Below, piece after piece: positions 28,787-37,719 of a DNA stretch of 64,000 nucleotides. The stretch is from an uncultured virus (IMG/VR IMGVR_UViG_3300025141_014349) (lineage: Duplodnaviria; Heunggongvirae; Uroviricota; Caudoviricetes): IMG/VR virus record IMGVR_UViG_3300025141_014349; one strand, written 5' to 3'. Positions within the stretch are counted from its first letter, which is position 1. Each line of letters starts with the position of its first letter. The translations under genes were made by a program, and so were the position numbers. The notes below the pieces were generated by a model. It worked only from the letters and a program-made list of their open reading frames with translations. It searched no databases and was not told the DNA's origin.

Positions 28787-29527
28787 ATGGGAACAAAATA
28801 TATACTTGAGCGATATGATAGCGGCAAGAAGAAATTGGAAAGAAATTATAAAAACGACAATAAGCACGGCACGCAGGTGTCTTGGTATGAAGGGGGACAA
28901 AAAGAATCGGAATACACCTTCAAGAGCGGCAAAAAAGAAGGCGCACACATTTCTTGGTACGACAACGGAAAGAAGAAAAAGGAAGGTACCTACAAAGACG
29001 ATGAGATAGAGGGGACATGGTATCGGTGGTATGAAGGGGGACAAAAAGAATCGGAATACACCTTCAAGAGCGGCAAAAAAGAAGGCGCACACATTTCTTG
29101 GTACGACAACGGAAAGAAGAAAAAGGAAGGCGCATTTAAAAACGACGCTTCAGAGGGAGAATACACTTTCTGGCATGAGAATGGTCATAATAAGGAATGC
29201 GGCATGTACAAATCCGGAGAGAAAGATGGTAAATGGATTTATGGACGTATTAGCGGCCGCACCGCGGCCGAAGTTAACTATAGGAGCGGCATAAAGGATG
29301 GCAAGTGGACTTACTGGGACCTCGATGGGAATAAGATAGAGGAAGGTAACTATAAGGACGACCAGAAAGAGGGAAAATGGACTGAATGGGATAAGAGCGG
29401 AGAAAGGGTGGCGGAAATCAACTATAGTGCCGGTAAGGAAAACGGTACATGGACGGTTTGGAAAGGGAAGAAGAAGTCACAAGGTAAGTTTGAGAACGGG
29501 ATTTTCGTGGGAGGAATTTTTGTATGA
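28787..29527 (+). CDS. MORN-variant (YwqK-like) repeat protein
   Basis: Repeated WY.NG.K..EG.YK.G..EG.W units. Confidence 0.9.
   Translation: MGTKYILERYDSGKKKLERNYKNDNKHGTQVSWYEGGQKESEYTFKSGKKEGAHISWYDNGKKKKEGTYKDDEIEGTWYRWYEGGQKESEYTFKSGKKEGAHISWYDNGKKKKEGAFKNDASEGEYTFWHENGHNKECGMYKSGEKDGKWIYGRISGRTAAEVNYRSGIKDGKWTYWDLDGNKIEEGNYKDDQKEGKWTEWDKSGERVAEINYSAGKENGTWTVWKGKKKSQGKFENGIFVGGIFV
28883..29130 (+). repeat. About 104-bp exact duplication with 144-bp period inside the MORN gene
   Basis: tggtatgaagggggacaaaaa...aaaggaagg at 28883 and 29027. Confidence 0.9.
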
Positions 29528-30501
29528 CTAGGGATGCCAATGCGCCGTCGCACAAATATTATATATCGCTCTATGCCAACTTTCGTGACGAGGCTCCTTA
29601 TTTGTATGAGTGGATCGTGTATCATCTCTTAGTGGGAGTGGAACACTTCTATTTGTATAATCACAAAAGCAAAGATAACTACATGGAGATATTACAACCT
29701 TTTATTGATAAGGGATTGGTAACTTTGCACAATATAAATTCTACCATGGAACGAGAGGGAAGAACTTTGGCACACCATGGACCTTCCACAGTAGCGCTGG
29801 AGCACTGTATATATTACCACGGATCTGAAACAAGGTGGATCTGGCGCGCCGACTGTGATGAGTTTCTGTGCTTGTCTAAGGAATATTCTTTGAGGGGGTT
29901 TTTGAGTGAGTTGGAAGATTATGGTGCCGTTGGACTAAATTGGGTTTACTATGGCACATCCAATCAAAAGAAAAAACAATTTGGTTATGTAATAGAGAGA
30001 TTTCTTTATAGAGAAAAGAAGTGCGAGTATATAAAAAGTGCCAATCCGAATGTTCTTTTTCCCACATCCGGCGAGAATATGATAAAACTTATTTTCCAAC
30101 CAGATAAAACGGAATGTATGGGAGTGCGCCCCGCACGCCCCCACAGTATGCCATTGGTTGACGGCGCGCACACGGTAAATGAGAAGGGAGAGATAATACC
30201 CACTGGCAGAAGTTGTACGGATACCCTTAGTGTGGAGAGGGCGTGGATTAACCACTATTTCTTCAAATCAGTGGAAGAGTTTGTGGACAGGAGATTGGGA
30301 AAACCATCCCAAGAACTTTGGGCCCACCACCCCCTGTATAACACTCCAAGATTCCCCACCAGGAAAGACATAGATGAATTTTTAGAAAATAGAGGAAAAG
30401 ATTTTAATGTGATTAGGGACGATACTATGTTAGATTTTGCTCAAAGAATTAGGAATTTTAATTTAAATAATTTTTGTAACAAAAAAAGGAGAAAAAAATG
30501 A
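29524..30501 (+). CDS. Glycosyltransferase (GT92/GT2-like), paralog of 27749..28786
   Basis: Same N-terminus; RADCDEF; INHYFFKSVEEF. Confidence 0.85.
   Translation: MTRDANAPSHKYYISLYANFRDEAPYLYEWIVYHLLVGVEHFYLYNHKSKDNYMEILQPFIDKGLVTLHNINSTMEREGRTLAHHGPSTVALEHCIYYHGSETRWIWRADCDEFLCLSKEYSLRGFLSELEDYGAVGLNWVYYGTSNQKKKQFGYVIERFLYREKKCEYIKSANPNVLFPTSGENMIKLIFQPDKTECMGVRPARPHSMPLVDGAHTVNEKGEIIPTGRSCTDTLSVERAWINHYFFKSVEEFVDRRLGKPSQELWAHHPLYNTPRFPTRKDIDEFLENRGKDFNVIRDDTMLDFAQRIRNFNLNNFCNKKRRKK
29574..29727 (+). repeat. 154-bp direct repeat, copy 2
   Basis: Matches 27775..27928. Confidence 0.9.
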
Positions 30502-31202
30502 ATTCAAAAAAAGATATATATAAACTCCCTCCGGGATCCACTGACCACTATACGGCTTACGTTGGACCGCCTTCTCATTGGGATATCAAAGCTGCTATGC
30601 AATTCCGACTTTTGTGTGCATTTGGGTTGAGAGAAAATCATACACTTTTAGATTTTGGTTGCGGTTCTCTCCGGGCAGGAAGGTTGTTTATTCCTTATTT
30701 ATTGCCTGAAAAATACTTTGGACTGGATCCCAACAAGTGGTTAATCGATGACTCTATCAAGAATGAGGTGGGGAATGATTTGATTGAAATCAAAAAGCCT
30801 AAGTTTTTTTATAATGACGATTTTAAATGTCCTTCGGACGTGGAGAAATTTGATTTTATTTTAGCGCAGTCTATTTGTTCACATGCTGCCGAAGATTTGG
30901 TCGACAAGATATTATCTGAATTTTCGACTGCCATTAAGGACGACGGAGTGATTTTGATGACGTTTGTTTTAAAAGAAAAGTATCCTAAAATTTATAAACC
31001 GGATCAGAAAGGGTGGATTTATCCCGGATGCGCATCCCACGCAGAGGAAACTTTAGCAACATTGTTTATGAAATATCGCTTGCACTACAAGAAATTGAAA
31101 TGGGAACATACGTTCCAGACGTGGTTTGTACTAAGTAGGGATGCAAGAAAAATTCCTTCGGACGATAAAAATCTTGAATTTACGGGGGGAACTTATTTAT
31201 GA
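30498..31202 (+). CDS. Class I SAM-dependent methyltransferase
   Basis: LLDFGCGSLRAG motif I; YFGLD; FDFILAQSICSH. Confidence 0.9.
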   Translation: MNSKKDIYKLPPGSTDHYTAYVGPPSHWDIKAAMQFRLLCAFGLRENHTLLDFGCGSLRAGRLFIPYLLPEKYFGLDPNKWLIDDSIKNEVGNDLIEIKKPKFFYNDDFKCPSDVEKFDFILAQSICSHAAEDLVDKILSEFSTAIKDDGVILMTFVLKEKYPKIYKPDQKGWIYPGCASHAEETLATLFMKYRLHYKKLKWEHTFQTWFVLSRDARKIPSDDKNLEFTGGTYL

Positions 31203-31270
31203 AACCTTATTGCGGGAGGATAAAAATATGACAAAGACAAGTATTAAATACTTTGATAGGATAAAGTATC

Positions 31271-32389
31271 ATGACCACCGAGATACATGAGTGCTATTCA
31301 TATGACTTCTTTGAAGAAGAGATAGAAGAATGTGAAGATTTTACCATCTCCCAAAAAAGAATAGAGGTTATACTGCCAGAAGACCGCAATTACAATTTTG
31401 CGAGGACTTTTCAGTTATCTGCTCAGGAAGATAAGTATACGTGCCATTTTATAGATGAGGGGATAGACCCTAGATTACCCTGCACTATCATAACAATAAA
31501 AGAAAACTATAGTCTTCTTCAATATGTTTTGCAAAATCTAAAAGAGAATGAAGTAATGGAGGAGTCAAATGTTATTGTTGTGGATGATCGCCCCTTCGGC
31601 ATCTATAATGAAAGTTTGTGCGGAGAATACGAAGTGTCCTATATCTCAGTAAAATATGATAATGATTTCAACTTTTCTATGCTCAACAACATCGCCGCAC
31701 ACGTAGCACACCAAGTGGGATGCAAGGACATTGTACTGTGGAATGCTGACCTGTCCGCGCCGAATAAGGATGTTTTCAAAACTCTTTTCAGGATGCATAA
31801 GGAAAATAAGAATACAATAACTGGCACAAAACTTCTCTATCCTGAAACCCTGTGGGATCAGAGAGAGGAGAGCATCAATATCCAGAAGCATTACCCTCAT
31901 ATGAATCAAGAATATAAAGGGACAGTGCAGTATGGAGGTTCTGTAATGTTCCCCAAGATTGGCATGACGGATACCAAAAATACGGTAATGGCGATGACGC
32001 CCGGTCACTATGGTAGATTCCTTCCAGCGGATCATCATGCTGTCTGCTGTGATAAACCCGAGCACTACATTACGGGTGCATTTTGTATTATTGATTTAGA
32101 GTGGTTTGTGAAGAATGGAGGACTTAATCCCTCTTTGTCTAGAAACTATCAAGATGGGGACATGTGCTTGAGAGCAAACGAGCAACAAAAGAAAGTTATG
32201 TATTACGCCAAAGATAAGAGTCTTTACTTCTATCACGATGAGTCTTTTGTACAAAACTCTCTTCAAGAGGGGAAGGGGTTTGAGAAGGTTTTTGGCAATA
32301 TGGTTTTGTTCTGTAACATCTGGAAAATGGATAGGATTTACAAAATTTTAACTGGCATGCACGAGAGATCTGAGAGATCTGAAAGATAA
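31271..32389 (+). CDS. GT2-family glycosyltransferase
   Basis: VIVVDD, FNFSMLNN, LWNAD, KLLYP..VQYGG, TGAF, QDGDMCLRA, HDES. Confidence 0.8.
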   Translation: MTTEIHECYSYDFFEEEIEECEDFTISQKRIEVILPEDRNYNFARTFQLSAQEDKYTCHFIDEGIDPRLPCTIITIKENYSLLQYVLQNLKENEVMEESNVIVVDDRPFGIYNESLCGEYEVSYISVKYDNDFNFSMLNNIAAHVAHQVGCKDIVLWNADLSAPNKDVFKTLFRMHKENKNTITGTKLLYPETLWDQREESINIQKHYPHMNQEYKGTVQYGGSVMFPKIGMTDTKNTVMAMTPGHYGRFLPADHHAVCCDKPEHYITGAFCIIDLEWFVKNGGLNPSLSRNYQDGDMCLRANEQQKKVMYYAKDKSLYFYHDESFVQNSLQEGKGFEKVFGNMVLFCNIWKMDRIYKILTGMHERSERSER

Positions 32390-32483
32390 TTTTTACCAGA
32401 TCTGCCCTCAAGACTTCCTATGCTAAACCCCTGAAAATAAAGTGAAATATGCTGACAATTTTAGGATTTTTTACTGCTGGAAC

Positions 32484-32670
32484 CCTACTTACTATTGCGG
32501 CATGAAATGTGCTGCGCTCTATAGATAAATTATAGACAGACAATATAATCCAAGAGATACAATATACTTCTGGTTATGTTTTCGTAAAAAAACTTACAAA
32601 TTTCGATTATATATTCTTGATAAAACAAAAAAATCATTAATCTTCCGGATTGATATGTTTTTTTATTTGC
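32484..32670 (+). ncRNA. Candidate structured non-coding element, copy 2
   Basis: Matches copy 1; preceded by CCTACTTA. Confidence 0.4.
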
Positions 32671-32795
32671 GAGATCTTTGCATCACGCAGTGAAAAAATT
32701 ATTAATCTTGCAGAGCGATGTATTTTTATCGGCGGGGTCTTTAAAGATCTTGCGATAAATAATCGGGAAAACTAACCCGAAGGAGAAAAAAACAA

Positions 32796-34403
32796 ATGGT
32801 TGCAAGAAGAGGAATATCGGTATATACCGGAAGCGGAGGAACAGAAGCTCTTACCGCATTTAGATTTACAGATGATGGGAAATCCAAAACAGGGAATGTT
32901 ACGGGTAATTATGACAAGGTACTACATCAAATAACTGGTACCCTATCAAATCTCGGGGCGATTACTAGTTCAGTCGGATTTTCTGGCGACGGTTCAGGAT
33001 TGACGAACCTTACCGCTTCGGAAGTTGCCGCTGCGGGAAACACTGGCGACGTTCAGTTTAACAGTGGTGACGACTTAGCTGCTGATTCTGCATTCACCTT
33101 TGTCCCCAGCACACATACTCTGGGACTAGGAGAGAGCAGTGTTTCAGCATCTCTTACTGCTAGCCATGCTTTGACTATAACTGCTGCGGCCGCTTCAACG
33201 TGGTCAACTTCTGCTGGTGACTTGACGCTTGATTCTGCCGCAGGTTCATTGGTTTTGACCGGTGGTGAGTCAGCTGCTGACGCTGTAAAGATTCAGGCCG
33301 ATGCCGCTGCTGGTGGTATTGACATTGATGCTGGTACTGCTGGTGTAGATCTTGACTCGACAGGTGCAGTGAATCTCTCGGGATCTAGCATGGTACTTGA
33401 CGCTTCTGGTGTTGTTGAACTCAATTCTACTGCTGGTGCAATTAGCATTGGTAATGATGATGTTGACCAAAACATCAACATTGGTACACAAGGCGAAAGA
33501 ACAGTGAATCTTTCTACTGGTGCATTTGCATCAACTGTCAACATTGGTAATTCAACTGGTGCAACCACACTAGATTTGGATGCTGGTACTGGCGGTGTAG
33601 ATCTTGACTCGACAGGTGCAGTGAATCTCTCGGGATCTAGCATGGTACTTGACGCTTCTGGTGTTGTTGAACTCAATTCTACTGCTGGTGCAATTAGCAT
33701 TGGTAATGATGATGTTGACCAAAACATCAACATTGGTACACAAGGCGAAAGAACAGTGAATCTTTCTACTGGTGCATTTGCATCAACTGTCAACATTGGT
33801 AATTCAACTGGTGCAACCACACTAGATTTGGATGCTGGTACTGGCGGTGTAGATCTTGACTCGACAGGTGCAGTGAATCTCTCGGGATCTAGCATGGTAC
33901 TTGACGCTTCTGGTGTTGTTGAACTCAATTCTACTGCTGGTGCAATTAGCGTTGGTAATGACGCCAACACGGGTGCCATCAATGTTGGTACGGGCGCGTC
34001 TGCTAGAACGATTACTGTCGGCGCGGATGAATCCACGAAAGTTGATGTCAATGCCCTGGAGATTGAACTTGATTCTGGGGGCGATATCGATTTGAACGCA
34101 ACTACGGTTGCTGTTACAGGCGATATGACCGTCTCGGGCGATTCAACCCTTGGTGATGCAGTCGCTGATGTTGCGACAGTCAATGGCCGCTTGCAAATTG
34201 GCAAGTTCGACCCGGCGACCGCTGCCGATGCGGTCTTGTTGGAGACTATGGCCACCACCCCGGCGACGTATAATGGATCAATGATCTATCTTTCAGTCAC
34301 GGCGGCCAGCGGCACTAATTCGGGAGTATCCTTTGCTAATCCCGATAAATGGTACTTTTGCGAGAGTGGATCTTGGTATCCATCCCCGTTCAATAGTCTA
34401 TAA
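32796..34403 (+). CDS. Fibre-like virion protein A (Ser/Thr/Ala/Gly-rich beta repeats)
   Basis: FSGDGSGLTNL and VQFN fibre-type motifs; internal 84-aa repeats; AAGGAG SD. Confidence 0.7.
   Translation: MVARRGISVYTGSGGTEALTAFRFTDDGKSKTGNVTGNYDKVLHQITGTLSNLGAITSSVGFSGDGSGLTNLTASEVAAAGNTGDVQFNSGDDLAADSAFTFVPSTHTLGLGESSVSASLTASHALTITAAAASTWSTSAGDLTLDSAAGSLVLTGGESAADAVKIQADAAAGGIDIDAGTAGVDLDSTGAVNLSGSSMVLDASGVVELNSTAGAISIGNDDVDQNINIGTQGERTVNLSTGAFASTVNIGNSTGATTLDLDAGTGGVDLDSTGAVNLSGSSMVLDASGVVELNSTAGAISIGNDDVDQNINIGTQGERTVNLSTGAFASTVNIGNSTGATTLDLDAGTGGVDLDSTGAVNLSGSSMVLDASGVVELNSTAGAISVGNDANTGAINVGTGASARTITVGADESTKVDVNALEIELDSGGDIDLNATTVAVTGDMTVSGDSTLGDAVADVATVNGRLQIGKFDPATAADAVLLETMATTPATYNGSMIYLSVTAASGTNSGVSFANPDKWYFCESGSWYPSPFNSL
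33327..33961 (+). repeat. 252-bp near-perfect tandem repeat, about 2.5 copies
   Basis: gatgctggtact register at 33327, 33579 and 33831. Confidence 0.95.
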
Positions 34404-34440
34404 GATCTAGATAAAAAAACATTTTATAATTAATTGTTTT

Positions 34441-34474
34441 GCTGACAGCGCCCTAGTGGCGCTGTTGGTTTTTT
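34441..34474 (+). terminator. Rho-independent terminator
   Basis: gacagcgcc-ctagt-ggcgctgtt hairpin followed by a T-tract. Confidence 0.85.
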
Positions 34475-34627
34475 AATGCCCAAGAGGGGGAAAGTATATC
34501 TACCAATTTACTATGTATAGATATGTTAGGCGGGGTCCAATGCTTCTACAAAATAAGCACAAAGAGAGTATTTTTTTGGTCTCCACATATTACCCATTCA
34601 CACTAATATAGAAGGAGAACATATGTA

Positions 34628-35707
34628 ATGGTTGCAAGAAGAGGTTTGGCAGTATTTACAGGGAGCGGTGATACCAACTTGCTCACTGCTTTTAGATTTA
34701 CGGACGATGGCAATTCTAAAATAGGGCGCGTGGTTACTGGATATCACCAAGTAACAGGCACTTTAGACGTATCTGGTGCAGTCTCTGCATCAACATTTTG
34801 GGGAGATGGTGCGGGACTGACGAATGTGTCTGCATCAAACATCACTCCCGGCGCACCATTGAACTCTGTTCAGTTTAACGATGCTAATAGTTTGGGTGGT
34901 GACAGTAGTTTTACTTGGACTAAAACTACTGACACGCTGGAAGTTCCCATCATCGCTGCTAGCGGAACACTGTCCCTTACCGCCGCATCCACTGCTAGTT
35001 TGACTTTAAATTCCACTGCCGACGCTGAAGATCTTACGATTGCCCTAGCAGGCGCCACGGATTCAAGTTTAGTTTTTAGTTCTGCCGGCACAGGTGCAGA
35101 TGCAATTCAGATGTCTACCAGTGCAGGCGGAATAGACATTATAGTTGCTGGGTCAGCGGCAGATGATGATTTAGATCTTAGATCTGACAGTGCGATCAAC
35201 CTTATATCAACTGAGGGGGCGGCAGATGCTATTGTTTTGCACGCTAATAATGCCGCCGGCGGGATTGATCTCTCTGTAGACTCCGCAGTGAAACTTAGTT
35301 TAGATACTGATAGTCTAGATGTCTCAACCGGCGTCATACTTAACGTTGACGACACAACCGATGCCAGTAACATTACCACCGGGGCAGTCGTTGTTGCCGG
35401 CGGCATTGGAGTTGCTTTGCAATTACATGTTGGTACAAACTCAACGCTAGGCAGCGATAATCAAGATGTAACGTCCGTCAGGGGAAGGTTAGGCATATCT
35501 ACATTCAATGATGGAGGATCGGTTGCTGCGGATGAGGCGACACTTCATACGCTCGCAGTTACTCCATCTGATTATAACGGGTCGATGCTCTATCTGGGAT
35601 CCACCGTGCCTAGCGGTACTCTCGCCGGAACGTACTTTTCCAATCCGGATAAGTGGTACTTTTGCGAGAGTGCGTCGTGGTATCCGTCGCCCTTTAACAG
35701 TTTATAG
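34628..35707 (+). CDS. Fibre-like virion protein B, paralog of protein A
   Basis: Same MVARRG...AFRFTDDG N-terminus and NPDKWYFCESxSWYPSPFNSL C-terminus. Confidence 0.7.
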   Translation: MVARRGLAVFTGSGDTNLLTAFRFTDDGNSKIGRVVTGYHQVTGTLDVSGAVSASTFWGDGAGLTNVSASNITPGAPLNSVQFNDANSLGGDSSFTWTKTTDTLEVPIIAASGTLSLTAASTASLTLNSTADAEDLTIALAGATDSSLVFSSAGTGADAIQMSTSAGGIDIIVAGSAADDDLDLRSDSAINLISTEGAADAIVLHANNAAGGIDLSVDSAVKLSLDTDSLDVSTGVILNVDDTTDASNITTGAVVVAGGIGVALQLHVGTNSTLGSDNQDVTSVRGRLGISTFNDGGSVAADEATLHTLAVTPSDYNGSMLYLGSTVPSGTLAGTYFSNPDKWYFCESASWYPSPFNSL

Positions 35708-35741
35708 ATCTCTCTAAAAACATTTTATAATTAATTGTTTT

Positions 35742-35775
35742 GCTGACAGCGCCCCAGTGGCGCTGTTGGTTTTTT
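35742..35775 (+). terminator. Rho-independent terminator, duplicate of 34441..34474
   Basis: Same hairpin and T-tract. Confidence 0.85.
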
Positions 35776-35822
35776 GTGTGATTAAGACGCGAAGTATCTA
35801 CGTTTTTCCACTACTTATAAGC

Positions 35823-36299
35823 ATGGCAAACGGAGTAGGATATTTTTATAAAGCAAAGGTTGTGTCGGTTTACGACGGCGACACATGCCGCGCCGATATC
35901 GCGTTAGGATTTGGAGTGGTATTAGCAAACAAGACTATACGTCTTGCTAATATAGATACCGCCGAGATAAGAAGCAAAGATAAAGAAACCGCGCTCGTCG
36001 CTCGCGACAGATTGCGGGAACTCATATTAGGAAAGGAAGTGGTTCTCCAGACGATCAAAGATAGGACAGGCAAGTATGGAAGAATAATAGGAACCATATA
36101 TTCAGGAGGCAGAAACATCAATGAGATGTTGATTGAGGAAGGGTTGGCAGAAAGACTATCGAGAAAAAAGAGATCAGACGACCACATGCCAAAGAAAGAA
36201 AAAACATCACCGCCACGAGAAAAACCTCTGGCAGTTAAGATAGAAATACCAGAAAGTGTCCTAAAGTCGGTACAACCCGTATCTGGGTCTTCAGAGTAG
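35823..36299 (+). CDS. Thermonuclease (SNase-like)
   Basis: VVSVYDGDT, IRLANIDTAE, GKYGRII, INEMLIEEGLA; start 5 nt after ACTACTTA. Confidence 0.9.
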   Translation: MANGVGYFYKAKVVSVYDGDTCRADIALGFGVVLANKTIRLANIDTAEIRSKDKETALVARDRLRELILGKEVVLQTIKDRTGKYGRIIGTIYSGGRNINEMLIEEGLAERLSRKKRSDDHMPKKEKTSPPREKPLAVKIEIPESVLKSVQPVSGSSE

Positions 36300-36436
36300 A
36301 CTGGCACATTTTATCAATAATACTATTTACACTCAACAAACCTGCTTAAATAGTAGAGTTTGCTCTAACCATATGCGCTCAACTAGGCATTATTGGGGAT
36401 AATGGGCAATAAACTAAGATTTTTGACTTTCTAGTA

Positions 36437-36444
36437 ACTATTTA
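36437..36444 (+). promoter_or_regulatory. Putative late promoter motif (ACTATTTA)
   Basis: Before the scaffold SD; another copy at 36322..36329. Confidence 0.55.
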
Positions 36445-36479
36445 TTGGGAGACAGATCTTTATTTGTGAGGAGAGGTAT

Positions 36480-37694
36480 ATGTCATCAAATACTATGTTG
36501 AAACAGGCAATCATAGACGCCAACGCTTTACGAGAAGTTGCGCTCAAGAACGCCGAAGCCATTGTAGTTGGAAAATATTCCAACCAGATTAAAGAAGCAG
36601 TTGATAATTTGCTGGAACAAGACGAGGAAGGTCTTGGATTTGGAGGACCCGCGCCAGGTCTTGGTGCACCTCCTATAGAACCCGGTATTGCAGATCAAGT
36701 TCCTCTTGCTGCTGTGGATGGTGAGAAACTTTGTCCGTGCCCCGAAGAGGGGGAAACAATTACGATTGACATGGATGGACTACAGCAGATAATGGCAGAT
36801 TTAGATGACGAAGGCGGATCGCCTATGCCCGGACCTACTCCTCCAGAAGTTTTGCCTCCTCCAGGCGAAGAAGAGGAAGAGGAAGAGTTATTGGGACTTA
36901 CCGAGGATGAGGATGTTGAAATTGATTTGTCGGGACTTCTGATGGAAGACGACGAAGCGGACACCGATGATGGGATGCCATCTAATGAAGACGCGGAAAT
37001 GGGCGCAGAACTATCGGGCGAAGAAGGAAAGGATGTGAATGTCACTGAAACGAGTACGTATAAGCGCGATGACGATGACGAAGACATAACAGAAGATACT
37101 GGTGGTGAAGAGTCAGAGCATTATGTTCGCAACGCCGAAGATGATGCCGAGAGATTGGCACACGCTCGCGGACAACACAGGAAAAAATTAAAGCGTGATA
37201 TGGATTATGATGAAGAACATATCGCACTTCAAGAATCAAACAAAAAGATTCTAAAAGAAAACACAAACCTTACCACAACGAATTCAAAAATTATCAAAGA
37301 GAATAAATCTTTGAGGACCAAGAAGAATCATGTCCTAAAAGAAAACAAAGATTTAAAAGTTCTCTTAAGAAAACTTTCTAATACATTGGAAGAGACAAAC
37401 CTCTCCAATGCTAAATTAGTTTACACGAATCGAGTGCTGACTAGCAACTCCTTGAATGAGCGGCAAAAACAACGTATTGCCGAAGCTATTAGTAATGCCG
37501 ATTCAGTCGATGCAGCGAAGTCTATCTATGATACTCTTCAAGGCGCAGTGGGTTCATCTGTCGAATCACGGAATGAACCAAAATCACTGAGCGAAGCGAT
37601 TACCAAAGGTAGTGCAACGATGTTGAGACAAAAGCAAAGAAAAGAAAAGCAAGATCCTCATGTGCAACGCATGAAGAAACTTGCAGGCATTTAA
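36480..37694 (+). CDS. Prohead scaffold/core protein
   Basis: Acidic plus coiled coil, immediately before the MCP; many (L/I)xE sites; ends RMKKLAGI. Confidence 0.75.
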   Translation: MSSNTMLKQAIIDANALREVALKNAEAIVVGKYSNQIKEAVDNLLEQDEEGLGFGGPAPGLGAPPIEPGIADQVPLAAVDGEKLCPCPEEGETITIDMDGLQQIMADLDDEGGSPMPGPTPPEVLPPPGEEEEEEELLGLTEDEDVEIDLSGLLMEDDEADTDDGMPSNEDAEMGAELSGEEGKDVNVTETSTYKRDDDDEDITEDTGGEESEHYVRNAEDDAERLAHARGQHRKKLKRDMDYDEEHIALQESNKKILKENTNLTTTNSKIIKENKSLRTKKNHVLKENKDLKVLLRKLSNTLEETNLSNAKLVYTNRVLTSNSLNERQKQRIAEAISNADSVDAAKSIYDTLQGAVGSSVESRNEPKSLSEAITKGSATMLRQKQRKEKQDPHVQRMKKLAGI

Positions 37695-37719
37695 AAAATC
37701 ATTTAAGGAGGAAAAAAAG

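Noticed and set aside
28787..29527. Toxin-antitoxin system based on YwqK similarity
   Set aside because: Similarity is to a generic MORN-variant repeat and there is no adjacent toxin
27775..29727. Possible DGR template/variable repeat pair
   Set aside because: Copies are identical with no adenine-specific mismatches, lie at 5' ends, and no reverse transcriptase is present
23988..32630. CRISPR array or transposon ends
   Set aside because: Only two copies 8.6 kb apart, no spacer periodicity, and no transposase, integrase or cas gene in the window
33293..34258. 321-aa minus-strand ORF
   Set aside because: Antisense shadow of the repetitive fibre gene
35757..35822. Upstream starts given in the ORF track for the nuclease (also 13614, 20450, 23783, 37681, 61758)
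   Set aside because: Extensions overlap terminators or neighbouring genes; SD or motif position supports the downstream ATG
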